From NCBI GenBank assembly GCA_037447605.1, contig CM074818.1:1252617-1316616 (forward strand): 64,000 nucleotides of DNA, written 5' to 3'. Under the pieces are notes generated by a model. It saw nothing but the letters and a program-made list of their open reading frames with translations. It ran no database searches and had not been told where the DNA came from. Shown piece by piece: positions 1-13,895 of the stretch. The position numbers and the translations under genes are program-made. Each line of letters starts with the position of its first letter. Positions within the stretch are counted from its first letter, which is position 1. This DNA is from Zygnema circumcarinatum SAG 698-1b. Its lineage: Eukaryota; Plantae; Zygnematophyceae.

Positions 1-264
1 CCCAGGGGATTTTTTTGCTATTGTTTTACTCCTCCATTTAAGTTTCATATGAGTGCATCTGACGGGCATCGTCATGCAGTTCCGCTGTGTGTAGTCTTGT
101 TCTGTATCCGATGGAAATATTGCTTCAAAGTCTGACGTGATGCATGTTCAAGTCTGAACACTTTCTATGGCTCCATCTGCTTTATCAACTAAGAATAGCT
201 GAACTATCTCCTCCTACGAGGGTCCTGTCTTTACCATCTGTGCATGCTCCTGGTCATGATGCAG

Positions 265-3200
265 GTATGGAGAAGGTTGGGACTTTGGAGAGATTGCGAG
301 AAATCAGAGGGGAGTGAATGCATCGCAGTCCAACATGGCGGGTACAGGCATAGGCAGGTGGGTCCATCAAGGCTCAGTTCACAGAGGAGGACTGTGAAAC
401 TCTTCTCTGTGTCAGGTTTCCTGATCTCTGAAAATTCGCTGCTGTAGCAGCTGCATGTTTTGGCAAGTCAGAGCTGGGGGTCAGTTGTTTCAATGGCAAA
501 ACAAGTAGCGACAAGTCGCATGTAGATTTGACACATTTCTCCAAATGTATTGCTGTTTGACAACATGAAACGTTGTGCTGGTGATTGTCAGTGCCCTCTG
601 CAATCTGCCTTTATGTGCAATGAATGGTAGCTTTGGCCTCTCTGTGCTAAGCCTGGTGATTCTGACCTACCCTCGCTTCCCCTTGCTTGATGTCAGCTTC
701 AATGACCGCATTCGGGACACTGCGATAGGCGGCTCCCCTTTTGGAGACCCTCAGCAGCAAGGCTTCCTCACCGGCCTTCTCCTGCAGGCGAGCCAATTCC
801 CCTCCCTCCCTCTCTCGTTCTCTCCCTCTCTCTCCCTCCCCCCTTGTGGGCGGGCCGCACCTCCTTGAGCGCGGGAATGAGCAGCATCGAGAGCACTGAC
901 GAGCCGTGCGAGACCTCAGGGAGGGAGAGAGGGGGAGGAAGTGGGGGAGGGAGAGAGAGGGAGGGAGCGGGGGAAACTCGCCCGTTTTGAAATGAGATGG
1001 TGAGCAAAGTACACCTTGATGAACGCAGCTGACGAGGGAACTTTACCTTGGCAGCCAAACGGTTTGAGTCAAGGAGATGAGGCAGCGCAAGGGAGGGCGT
1101 TGGCAGCCGCCACGGATTGGATCAAACTGGGCTTAGCGGGCAACCTGAGGGACTACTCCTTCGTGAACCACGAAGGGAGGCAGGTAACTTCCCGCTTTCA
1201 TTAGGGGGAGGGCGATGAAGAGGCTGGAAAGAAAGGGCATGAAGGATGACCCTAAAACCCATTCACCTCAAACCCGTCCAGGGCCAAGTATCTTAACGGA
1301 TTTGCCGGATGAATTGTTTCTGTTTAGAACCTGTTGTATGCTTTGGACTGTGTGAACGTCCTCTCTTTCCTTGAAAGGTTTGGGCATTATGCGTCCAGTT
1401 TGTCTGCGGTATTACCTAATGTCCGCTATTCAAAGGCCGGTGTTCGAGGTATTTGATGCTGATCCAGATCTTGATGCATCTCGCGATTCAATGAAGCTTT
1501 GGGTCAAATGTTCATATCGACGAGAAACTTTTGCCAAACCCAATCCGGGCTTTTAACTCTACCAGCATAAGGGAGAACCGCTTGTTACCGGCCCCTTAGA
1601 TGAGTTGTTAGCAGTGAACAGACTCATCCTTCACCCCTCCTTTTAGTGGCCTTGCTGAATGCGCATGCCCCGTCAGTGACGCAGGTGAAAGGGAGTGAAG
1701 TAGTGACTCACGATGGAGTGCCGGTCGCTTACGCTGCAAGCCCTGAAGAAGTGGTAAAGGACTGCTCTCCTTGTCGCATGTTCACAGTCTCCTACCACTA
1801 TCCTCGACAGTGCTGAGCTAGATCAGAAGGATCAGAAATACAGGGTGAGTTCTAAGGAAGTGATATTGGACTTTCTGCAGGTGAACTACGTTTCTGCCCA
1901 CGACAACGAATCACTTTTTGACACAATAATGCTCAAGGTGAGCCATGAGAGAGTGAGAGAAAGAGAGAGCGCGAGCGAGAGAGAGAGCAGGCATACAAGC
2001 CTGCTATTCTCTTGAGCCATGCGCAAGTTCATTCGAGGTCTGGTAAAAATGCGCATCTGACGAATTCTAGGCCCAGAGAATGTGTGTAATCAGCAGAACT
2101 GTCCCTCCGTGATCCATGGTCGTCTTGGCAGACTTAAGCACCCAAAAAAAAAAAGGGTGAGGGCGTATGAGGAAGATACAATAACACCATTGGTAGTGAG
2201 TTAACAACACGTGTATCCTTAGTACAAATGGCAGTAGGGCATTGAAACCCCTCCATTCTCCTTATTTGCTTTATTTGATCGGCCAAATTCACAAATGGTT
2301 TCAACATATTCAAGCAATTGAATTCAGGCTGGTTATCTCGAGGCCTGACCCTTTGGACGTTCAATAAGCACCCTTTATTGTCTGTTTTCTGGTCTTTATT
2401 TACCCTTTATTGTTTATTGTTTATTGTTAATTGTTTATTGTCTTTGTTTATGGCTGTTTCCACACATGTTGATAACATTGGGGGTGGCTTCTTGCAGGCT
2501 GCTAGAGAGGTATCGCTGCGACAAAGGTGCCGCATGAACCACGTGGCAACCAGCATCATCGCTTTGCAGCAGGTGGGTCCCAAGCACATCCACAATAATG
2601 TGAAGAAGCTAAAGCTGATGTTTTACATCGAATGCAGGACCCATATGAAGTCTCAAACCCACTTCTCGAAATTGTGGCAGGGCGTGGCATTTTTCCATGC
2701 GGGTGACGACATGCTGCGGTCCAAGTCGTTAGATCGTGACAGCTATAACTCAGGAGACTGGTTCAACCGGTGAGATGCTCTCCTTATTGGAGCTGCTCCT
2801 TACTGCTGTTGGTATTGCTTGGAAAGGATGCGTTCGTCAGGCTGACGACAAAGTACTCAGTCAGTTCTCTAAAGTTGAACAAAGTACGTGCTGTGGCTAT
2901 CATTCAAGAGCTCTGTGAAATGCTGAAGCGTCCACTGAGCTCCTTCTGTCAGTCATAGCGATGCGGGGGATGGGAGGGACAAATGGCAGCCTTGACTTCT
3001 CATACCAAACCAACAACTTTGGGGTGGGACTACCTCCTAAGGGCAAGAATGGCGAAAAGTGGACATTGTGAGAATCACTAAGCTTGTGGCCTTTCCTGCA
3101 CCTGCCTTGGGTCTTGGGAGGAGTGCTTGCAGCAGGGTGAGAAGAGGGTTGACCTAGGCAAGGAAAATAAGCCGAGCAATCAGAAGCTTTGTGTTTTCGG

Positions 3201-4673
3201 CCCATGTATGTGGACTAGTGATTACTCACCCCCTCTTGAGGACTTAGTACATATTAGGGCTTGAGTTCAACATTACTGAGCAGGAGTACACTGAGTCACA
3301 GATTTTGAACATGATTTGAAGCTTTGATCCATTTGACCTCTGTGGAGGTGCAGGTTGGGAAGTCTTTTGTCAGAGCCTTCTTTTAGACCCACCCCTGCAG
3401 ACATTCAGCTGGCAGTGGCCAATCTCCGGGAGCTGCTCACTATCCGCTACTCCTCGCCTCTGTTTCGCCTTCGCACGGCAGACGACATTCAGGTGAATAA
3501 GGTTCAGAAAGTCCATGTGCGGGCAAGAAAGGGATGAAGTTAGGAGGGTGCTTTACAGATGTAGGTGGAGGCAGGTGCTGATTCTGCATTGCTGCACTGC
3601 TCTGAGTTTGCGTGCGCCCTTGTTGAGGTGCATGGATGATCGACAGTAATCGGCAAGCAGATTTTAACCGGGATATGTATTGCATTGCATACAATATTTT
3701 GAACAGAACAGCTTATGGCGGGGATGCTCATTGCTTTGCAGAGCTCTTGTAGTCCAGACTATCTCAAACCTCTGTCAAATTGAAATTCAGGTGTGCGTTT
3801 TTTTATGATTACATTGTGTTCTTTTTTCCTGATGTTTTCTTCTATTTTTGTTCGTGGAGATTTTCAGGCTCGGTTGACGTTCCTTAATTCGGGACCCGGC
3901 AGCGTGCCAGGTGTCATTGTCATGGTCTTGCAGGACGGAGGGCCCCTCCCACAGATCGACCCTCAGTGAGTCCTGCAGATATGGGTGGGAAGGGAATGGC
4001 TGCCTTTGGACCCATCAGTGGTGAAAGTACGCTTTGATGGCATACTTCCTCATGGAAGGAAGTATGCCAACCACCTCATGTCATGTCTTCGATTGAAGGC
4101 ATCACACCTGCAGTCTGCCGCTTTAGACTGCGCTCCTGGAGTCGCTAAAATATCGTGGTGTGCTCCTCTGTTCTTTTTTCTCCACTGGATGGCAGGTATC
4201 AGAAGATAGTCGTGGTTATTAATGCGCGCCCCGATCTAGCTGAGCTTTCACTTCCATCCTTGGAAGGATGCAGGCTTCAGCTCCATCCTGTGCAGGTTCG
4301 CATCCCTTCTCTGGCGCTGCGTTTTTTTGGAAAATGAATTCAGATGTGTGCCTGCAAACGTTTGTCAATATGCTGAGGGCAGGCTGTCCTGCATGCTCGA
4401 CGACCAAAACATCTGTCAGCTGTGGTATGACCTGCTGCACAGCACCGACCCGTAGGTGCTCCTGCTGGAGGCACCAATGCGGCGATGCGTTGCATTGCGA
4501 ATGCACCAATGAGGGTGCGGCTAATGCTCCGTAATGAGGTGGTTGCTCTGCGCTGTGGCTCTCCGCAGGCTGCGGGGGCCGACCCGGAGGTGAAGTCGGC
4601 GAGGGCTTCAGGCGGCCTCGTCGTTGTGCCCGCTCGGACCACAGCGGTGTTGGTTGAACGGCGCAGCGAATAG
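265..4673 (+). CDS. PU1: Pullulanase / limit dextrinase (GH13 starch debranching enzyme), 3' part; the gene starts upstream of the window. Multi-exon.
   Basis: Spliced exons give [30 protein letters not shown] (265-357), [31 protein letters not shown] (697-787), PNGLSQGD...[10 protein letters not shown] (1055-1183), [122 protein letters not shown] and [15 protein letters not shown] (stop 4673). Order and motifs are those of plant limit dextrinase. Confidence 0.94.
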
Positions 4674-5230
4674 CTTCGCTTGTCATTGAGAGAGAGCCGC
4701 CACGCTTCAACTTTGTTTGTACTGTTGCTGGCGGTGCATGGGCACATGTATGGGAGCGATATTAGGGTCCAATTATCTCCCTTGGTGTATAGACTAAGCG
4801 AGTTTGGAAACCACGGATGTTGTTAGAGGCTATCATTAAAAACTGCAGTGGCAAATGTAGGCAGTTCTCGGTGAGCAAATGAAACTTGAACGAACGATTT
4901 GTAAATGAATGTGGTACCATATTCATTTTGATTCATATTTTTCTGCACACGTTCTATAAACACGTTTCCGCTTTGTCTAACAGGAGCAGATTGGCCGTCT
5001 TTAACTCTCTTTATGTACCAAATGCTACTACTTCAAAATCTAGATCCCTAATGCACCACATCTAGACCCTGCGCCACATCTGCTCATCAGTTCCAGCAGC
5101 TGCATTTCAGAGTATTCACCTATGGTTGACTATATGGAAAAATGGGATCATGTAGAAAAGCACAGGTTCTATTTCATCCCAACGCAATGCACGCCGCATA
5201 GACGCCGATGTGAGAGGGGAGGGAGACCAG

Positions 5231-8200
5231 CTACGGCGCGCTGCAGGTGTACTTTGCGGACCTGAACTTGTTGTCTCCGAGGGTGAAGGCGGCGCTTGTG
5301 GTGCCGACCTGGCTGGCGCTCACACCCGATAGCGAGGCCCCCACTCCGCTGAACTCCACCCTCACTTTGAACTCTGACAGCTCCTTCGCTTTCCTCGCCT
5401 CCTCCGCAGCCTTCTCCTCTTCACTCGGTTCTTTCCCTTTGTATATCAAGTGCTCAGGTATGATAGGAATCTGTGCTCGCAGGCGCTGCGGAGCTGCTTT
5501 CGGCTGCAAACACGACAGGCAAGGCCCAAACGATAACTTGAAAGTGAGACGTGTCTCTCTCCTCTCCCTCTTCTCTCCTCACTTTTCTCTCCCCTTTTTC
5601 CCCTCTCTCCCCTCTCCCCTCTCTATCCCCAATCTCTTCCCACTCTCTCCCCTCTCTCCCTTCTCTCTCAACTGCCTTGCTCCACCTGAAGTGCTCCGTT
5701 GCAACAGTCATAGCCACCTACGTTTCCATTCCTTTAACTCCCTTCAAAACTATTTTTCCCGGAGGCTGCATTTTACTTATATTCCCATGGAGATGCAGCA
5801 GTATGACACATGAAGCACTTATGCACTCAGACATAGACTTGGATCATGTGGAAATCATCATCAATCATCCCCCAAATGCAGCTAACTGCAGCCACTGAGC
5901 GTCTATCTTCAGTATCTTCAGTTCGTCAATCCATTTGCCCATTTGACAGAGACATCACCCACAACATATCCACTACGACCATCATTCTTCTATGTTTGAA
6001 TCCGATGATTATCTGGGACCGGCAACCCAAGCTTTCGCTGGCAACAGTATCACGCGTAAACTATCGCAGCAAGTCAGAATCAGAAGGCTGCAAGACTCCA
6101 ACAGACCACCCACCCATCCGCACAAATCGCCAATACCGTGCTGACGATTTTCTGAATGAAAACAGAATAAAAATCTTGCCTGCTATTCAAAAAATCATCA
6201 AGACAAAAGTGGTGTATGAAGTGGCCTTCCTCACCTCAACCAGTGGTACGTGCCAGCGGAGCTCCTTCGTGATCCTGTCAAGCTCAGCACTGCAGCCACA
6301 ACAACCTCACGCAGGCGACAGAAACATCAGCAGAGACAAATATGTATCGGCATATTCCACGCTTCTGCAATAGATGCAATCTGGGCCGGAAACAGTCCCA
6401 CTCAACATTTTCCCCCCCACCACATACAACAGAGTAGCAGTGAACTTTCCAAGATACAAGTTCGTGCAGTCTCCCAAAAAGTGAGGATACATGCCCAAAA
6501 AGGTGCATTGTATAATGCAGAGAGTTTCCAGGAAGTCACTCCCTCGAACAACCTCGCTATTCCACACAGCCTCTACATCCTCATCCTCACATAGATGACA
6601 TTGAGTGGATCATCCAATGGTAGAGAGCCCCACCTGGGACTGAGTTTGATAGATGCCGGCGAGAAAGGAAGACTCATGATGAAGGTCACGTTAATGAGAG
6701 CTGAAGGAAGAAATGGGTTTGCCACATACTGTCACAAAGCAGCCATTTCGGTCCAGAGTCAAAAGGGTCCAGGAAAGAGCAGTTGCAGCTGGGAACCTCA
6801 TTGTTAGTGCTAGGTGAAAGAAAGGATGCAAACCATCATGCTACTTCATACACATTCGGTGCATTGCGGAAATCCCCCGATGGGCATTCAAGATGCATTG
6901 AATTACTTTGACTTCGCATAGCAAGAAAGATGACTTAAGATATAGATTCCAAGATACAAAATGTTCCAAGGGTGACGAAGAAACAGCACAATGCTCAAAT
7001 CCCAAATAGGAGTCACTACCTCACCAGTTGACTGGGAGTGTACCTGAATCATGAGAGAAAGTGAGTCTTCACTTCTGCGAGTGTGAAAACTGCAAAAATG
7101 CACATCTCACCAACAACTCACAATTTCAATAAAAAAAAAATCATAATTGTAAATCATTTGTTGCAGACTGCTTCAACATCTAACCATGATTATGTCGTCA
7201 GCCTATGCAGTATCACCGTTAACCCTTTCACTCCACAATCGTTGAGAATGAAGCAGCTATACATGAGTAACATCACGTGCAGAGGAGAGCTTTCCAATTA
7301 GGACTCCTAAAGCAGCAAAGCGTAGCAATGCAACCACTTTCCGCAGACAAATACGAGGCAACACCGGCAACGAGAGCTGGGCCTTACCGAATGCGCAGCG
7401 GCACAGGAGTGAAACGCGGCTGCAGGAAATATTTAAGAATGGGAATGTCACCTTCCAGTGATGCCGGAGCTTTAAGGTGGAAGAAACCTTTGCCCAGACT
7501 GCTCAAAAGAGCACTCTTCATGATGGCCCTCTGCAGACCATTCAGTGACACACATTAGAGAGCAAAGTTTTGCAGAAAGATGTGTATGGTGTGTAAGCAG
7601 TATCAGCCAGCTACCTCACCTTAATGCCTGCAGCTCCGTCAAGCCTGAAAGAGAACTCCGTGTCGGCTGTGGCCTTTCTCCCAGGAGGCAGTCTTAAGAC
7701 AATAATACCCCGTAGACCAACCTTAGATAATTGCAGACCCTTGAATGCAGCATTAATATCTTCCGAAATTATAAGAGATGGCATTGCTGCAATCCGTGCT
7801 TTTTCTGCATTTGCAGCCGCTGCCTGCAGATCTGCATTTCCACCATGCATAAAGTAAAAAGGAAGTCAAGCTCCATTATAAAGCAAACAGATGTGCCTAC
7901 CCACTTCTGCCACGCAAAGAAAGACAAAGCAGCACGCGGGATATTCCAAAAGCAGTGGAAAGTGCATGTTCCTCTGTAAACTTACTGGGTATGGGTGTGC
8001 CGATTCTACAAGGGATTCAAAAACTGCATACCCATTCGCTTCAAAGAAAGCAAACTATCTCTGGAAATCACCTCACCTGCAACAACCTTTGCTCCAGTAG
8101 TGGAGTCCAAGGACGGCCCTTCAGGAGCAGTTCCCGCTAAAGCAGCTTCAAGTCGCTTGCCCGGTTCAAGAATTTCGCCCTCCAGACTCCCTAAACCCCC

Positions 8201-11200
8201 TCCAAAAGCCATATCCACAGAACCCCCAAACTCCGCCGCATCGAGAGCACCCCCACCCCCCCATGCATCATCATCGTCTCCAAGAAGACCCCCTCCCCCA
8301 AAGGCACCTGCCTCGCTCCAGTCCAAACCTCCGTACTGTCCCTCAAAACCCTCTGCGCCAATGAATTGGCTTTCAGAAACTGTGCCGACCTTCTGGGGTG
8401 TCAACACCTGACAGCAAAATGAAAGCATAACAACGTGCTGAGCATTGAAAAGAATCAACCAGCCAGTAGGCTCAGTGAACTAATTATACGGCGAGCATTG
8501 CTGCTTAAACGCTCATGAAAATAACCAAACCCACTTTCCTGGCAAGAACGAAATATACTTGCCACTCCTTAAGAAGCAAAACTAAATCAATCTAAACTAC
8601 ATGATTCTGAGTACACGACAACAACAGCTCGGGAATCTCATCCTAATGCAGTCTTGACTCTCACTTTTCGCAATCGCCATTGATCGACTTTTCCAAACGT
8701 AATACAACAAGGACAACCCTCCCATGCATCACTAGCAGTCTCAGAGAAGAAACTCCCATCGAGCTGCACACCTGCAGGCCTGCCAGCTGCGCTGCGGGGT
8801 CTTCTGCTATCCCCCCTTTTCGGGCAAAGCCGCCCGCCAGCTCCGCTGTAGAGCCCGCAAGCCGGTCACTCGCTGCAAAGGGGTCGACTGCATCCGCGAC
8901 TCTCGGCTCTTCAGCCTTCTCAAAGGTTGTCTGAGCAGGGGGGGGAGCAAAGGTCGCCATGGCTTCATCTCCAGCCGCATACGCTTCGTCCGGGAGTTCA
9001 AAGGTGATTCTCGACAGATGCTGCACGAAGAGGGAGGGGTAACTGGGTGAGGGCAGCAAGGACATTCAATTGGCGGTTTCTACCTAGACAAGACCAGCAT
9101 GGGCTACCTTTTGTGTGTCAATTACTGCTCCAAACAAAGAGATGGTGTATGAACACATGTCCATTTGTTAACGACTGCAAAAAAAATGAGGTCAATTTCT
9201 GCCTTCAGCCACCAGGTCCCCCCAGTCTCGCATCCAGGGAAAACACCTGAGACTTAAGGTCCTTCTTGAGCAGCAGCAGGCCCACTTTTCCCTTGGAGAG
9301 TGGGACGATGCCAAGAGCGGCTCCATCTTCAACAACTACAACATCTCTCAAAGCCGGACGCAGAGCTATGCTCCACTGGTTGGCTGTGGCAGTAGAGGTT
9401 TTCTAACTCACATCGACATTGGCCACACGGTGGATAGAAGCACCCTTGACGACGTTCCAAGACGCCGACCCTCTTGCCTTCGCTTCAACGTCTGCAACAG
9501 AGGCCGGGCTGGGAGTGAGCAGGGAGGCCGGACTGCTCTGCACTGCCGTTATGAGGCTGCTGAAGCGAGCAGGACTGGCCCCGTGCAGCACCACGGCGAG
9601 GGCTAGGTACACCTGCCCAGGTAGGCACACACAGGGAGTGAGTGAGAGGGCGGTGAGAGGAGGGCCGAGTCTGCCATGGAGCGGGGGAGGCAGCAGAGGC
9701 AGCTCACCTCCGCATACCTCCGTGCCAACTTTTCTGATGTCACATCGACACCTCGACAGGCTGCCACCAGCACACTGTGTCCGCCCATCAGACCCAATAA
9801 GCGTTTAAAAACCAATCACCGCGACAAAACCTGAAAATCAAAAGGCGCATATATCTCTCATCTGCGTCTTCGCATTATAATTTTTTTTTAGTGGAGGGCT
9901 CAACTACTTTTGTATTTTTATCTCCAGCTGAGGAGAAAAAAGGGTAACCTTGTATGAAAGCTTTCGGACGAATGACATATAAGCTGCTGCAAATGATGAC
10001 CTCAGCTTTTTGCTCACGGGGAAAATAGGGCTGGCAAGCCTTCCAGACAACAGATAAGGTACTGAAAACACAAAGAAAAAGCCCTACGTCTCCAACAGAT
10101 GTCACCCAATCCGAAGTGACTATAGGGCGAAAATTGCTCCTCTGCCGGCACAACAAATTGATACTTTCCTCAAAATAGTCCCTGTCCTCTGTAAAATCCG
10201 AAGACAGGAAAGGAATGCACCTGACGGCCTGACTGACAGTGTGCGTGCAGTCGAAGATGTTGACTGAGGTGTCATCCTGATCGGCTTTGGTGATGCCCAA
10301 CACATAGACAGAGTTCACCAGGCGATACACCACTGTAAACCTGCGGCCCTCACATGTATCTTCTTAACAGGTATTCCATGCAGCAGACTTGTTTTCCTAA
10401 GCACACATACATGATATGTGCATACTTGTAAGTGTCCATGCAAATACAAGTGGATATGTCATTTCTCATGTAATGGCTCAATCACCAACTACTCTATCAA
10501 TCCCAAACACCCATAGGAGTCTCAATTGCTTTTCAATTGTCATTCCTAACACGCTTCTGCTTCCATATTTCCAAGACATGCAGAAAACTGTACTTGTTTG
10601 CCTGCTTGCTAAACTTAAATGCTTGGGACACCCCAAACACGTAAGAATTGGTTCCCTAGAAAATGAATCCCTTACAATAGCCAAACCACTCTTGCAAGCG
10701 GAGAATCAATAGAAAACTTTAAGAAAGGAATAGAACCCACTTGTTCTCATGTCCGACAACAACTTGGCCACTCGAGGCAGCCAAAGGATCATCTCCCAGC
10801 CTGTCCTCACATCAGATTGCAGAGCAACAGTCTACATTAGTCAAAGTTAGATTCTTCATATTTTATTTTAAAGCTAAGATTACGACGCACGACAAGTACC
10901 CAAACACGTTCTGTAATCAACAGCAACGATTGGAATAATATCGTGGCAGAGTCATATAGCCGAAGTCATCCACATTGACAGATTTTAGCCCACAAAAGTT
11001 CAGCGTTTCGTCATGCAAGGTTGGTAATGCAGTTGGAGGAGGATACCTTGGATGAACCTCAAAAGCAACAAGTATCCATATAATGTGAATCCACATCCAT
11101 GGACAAAACTTTGTTTCAATAAGGTTGATTTATAACCAAATGCGTGGGAGAGAGCGCTAAGGCTAAGGACTATGTTAGGCCTTCTTACAACATGCCTTCA

Positions 11201-12222
11201 GACAGCAAGCTTAACTAGAAACAAGATTCTTGGCGCTGATTTTAATAATTAACAGGGGGTGCACCTTCATTCAATGTCAGCGGTGATGTCATTTACCTGT
11301 ACAGTTCACACTTTCTAAATTACTTTAATAACTCGTCTGTCGACCAACGCATCAGAGCATTACGTTGAAGTTGATTCAAGTATTTCTAGATTTCAAAGGA
11401 TATCTAACTACGAGCATCAATAACAATCTCATACAGAATTGTACATTTTCTAAACTTTTTTTGGCAATCAAACTATATTTTTTTTTCTGTAAATCTAAAC
11501 TTGAAAAACTAGAAGTTATTGACTTTGTTAAGGTTCTGGCATTGTAGTTTTGTACATTTTCATATATATATCACTACTTAGCTTTAATGTTTTTATGATA
11601 TCTTTAATTCAAAGGTAACCAAGTTTCGGAATCTATAGCATGCCTATCTACTGTTATCAGTGGGACGTCTGAAAGTGGAGACTCTCAGCTACCTTCGACT
11701 GTAATGCACTAAAGCTAGAGAATCAGATACTCCTCGTTTTGGCAGTAAATGATGTGGAGCTTGAAGTGCCCTTTTCATGCTGATGATGTGCATCCATTTA
11801 TTGGCAATGCATTTCTTCAGGTGCGTCCCTTCAAGAAACAACCAAAACAAATTCGAATCAATAGCGGTCGTGCGTGGAGTCGAGACGGACCTTTCATTCA
11901 ATCCCTCGGCAGAATCCCGAGTCGAGTCCAGCAGTCTCGTGCTGCGAAAAGCCGATGATGCCGCCATGGCGCGCACTGGGGGGAACCATGGCAGCCTGCA
12001 CACAATCCGGCGAGTGAGGAAGCTGTGCGGAGATCGCAGCAGGCCGCCGCTCACGCCGACTGGCGCCGCCGTGCTCCGGCCATGGCGCGGGAGCAAGGAA
12101 GGCCGACAGAGGCAGAGGCAGAGGCAACGAGCGAGGCCAAGGCCAGGACAGGTGTTCCCTTACGTCTGCAAGAGGATGTCCGCTCCCTGCGCGGGCTGCA
12201 GCGCCAGCGCGAGGCACGCCAT
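5231..12222 (-). CDS. TML: TPLATE muniscin-like (TML), mu-homology-domain subunit of the TPLATE/TSET endocytic adaptor complex. Complete, multi-exon.
   Basis: ATG at 12222 gives MACLALALQPAQGADILLQT. Later exons give WFPPVRAMAAS, VYRLVNSVYVLGIT...VNIFDCTHTVSQAV, VAACRGVDVTSEKLARRYAEV, FELPDEAYAAGDE, DPFAAS, EGFEGQYGG, ISEDINAAFKGLQLSKVGLRGII, IPILKYFLQPRFTPVPLRIR, LSLMIQ, YVANPFLP, KELRWHVP, RLRAQIP and SLSGVS...YTC. These are colinear with land-plant TML. Confidence 0.93.
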
Positions 12223-13895
12223 GGCGGGGGCGAGCTCCGCCTGCTCGCTTGCTCGCTCGCTCGCTCGCCCTTGCCACAGGCGCCCTCCCGCTCAGCCAGT
12301 ATCGGCAGTATCTTTAGTATCGGAAGTATTGGTAGTATATCGCGATACGAGACGCCAAAAATGTTTTTACCGCGCTCTTGCGCCCGTTTTGGGGCGGACG
12401 CGAAAAGGAAGGAAGTCGAGGGGAAATAATTGCAAAGTTGAGCCGTGAGGAAATTTGTTTGGGCCAGAAAGGAACGTCCGCGGGCAGTATCGAGGGCTGG
12501 CCGATATATTCGATACGCGGGCCAACTGCTGCGGTTGAGGGAGAGAGAGAGAGAGAGAGGGAGTTCTGACGACCACGCGGGTAAAATCAATCGTTTGAAC
12601 ACGGGTTGGAGCAGTGCTGATAAGGATCCTCACACATACATCCTCACATCCTCACAAGGAACGTAGAAAATGGCAGGCAGGAATGGTGGATTAAAAAGGT
12701 TAAAAAGGTTTCTAAAAAGCTCAAGTGTTTAACTTAAATGGTCAAAACGTTCACGGGGGCTTAGAGCAGCCCTTTACGCAACTTCCGCTGCGCGGTTTTC
12801 CCCTCCCTTGGAGCTAAGCTGCTCAATTGAAGAGAAGAACACGCTCTGTGATTCTGCCTGGCAAGAACTGCATTGAAAAGTCCTTTTTAGTTTCGTTTCA
12901 GTGTTTCAATTTAGAAGTAACAATGCTATGCAAAATGCGTGTTTTTCAGTATATTGATATGGCGATCGCAGATTTGCCTAACTTAAAGCACATTCATGGT
13001 CATTTCATCTATATACCACTAATGGAAATTTGAGGAAAGGATTGCAAAGCTTGATGTAAAAGTGTGGTGCTATACGACGATACCGCGCTGAACGGGGTTT
13101 GAGATTACACCGCAGAAAGCGATAATTTCGGATTATAACGACTTTAGTGTGACATATTGATCTCATGATGGCGAGAGCTCACAAATTTTAGGATGAGAGC
13201 GTTAGTGGAGTGGTCAGGCGGCCGTGGATACGGGATTGAGAGCGGCCATGGACCTAACAGCATGCACTCACAGTAGGCTTTAGACGCTTACATGACTGGT
13301 AAACCTTGGATAATTTGGAAGCATGTCCAACGTTCCTAAGAAATACAGAATTGGAGTTTCATGGCTCCGTGACTTGCAAGATGTGCCTCATCCGTGAATT
13401 TCTTTAACCGAATGTGTCAGAGAATGGGGGAAATGAGGGAGAGGGAGGGGAAGGGAGGGAGCACGAAGGAGGTGGGAGAAGGAAAAAGAGTGTGGATGAT
13501 GCGAGAAGCAACGAGGTCTGTTATACAGAAAACCTCAGCTAAACACAATAAATATTGGAACTTTGGCGCGGCTCAAAGTATAGAGAGAGGGAGAGGGAGG
13601 GAGGGCGAGGGCGACAAACGGAGAGGGGGAGGGGGCAAGGGAAGGGAGGCGGGGAGAATGAGAGAGGGCAAGAGAGTAAGGATGAGAGAGAGCGGGACAG
13701 GGACGGAGAGGGAGAGTGACATAGAAAGAGAGAGGGGCGATGTTTGACTGGTACGATACCCTCCTCTGTATCCCTTTCTTTCGAGTGACAGTCCAAGATG
13801 CTGAGGATGAAGATCCACGCTTGACCCCATGGACTTCGGTAAGCTCCATTTACGGAAAGAGGGAGGGCTCAGTTGCACGGAAAGAGTTCCAATAA

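Noticed and set aside
12297-12530. Repeated AGTATC/CGATAC motifs just upstream of TML
   Set aside because: Too short and degenerate to define a MITE or a regulatory element from sequence alone.
799-13750. CT/GA-rich tracts (about 800-970, 5550-5670, 12540, 13430-13740) and their low-complexity ORFs
   Set aside because: Ordinary intronic and intergenic microsatellite-like sequence.
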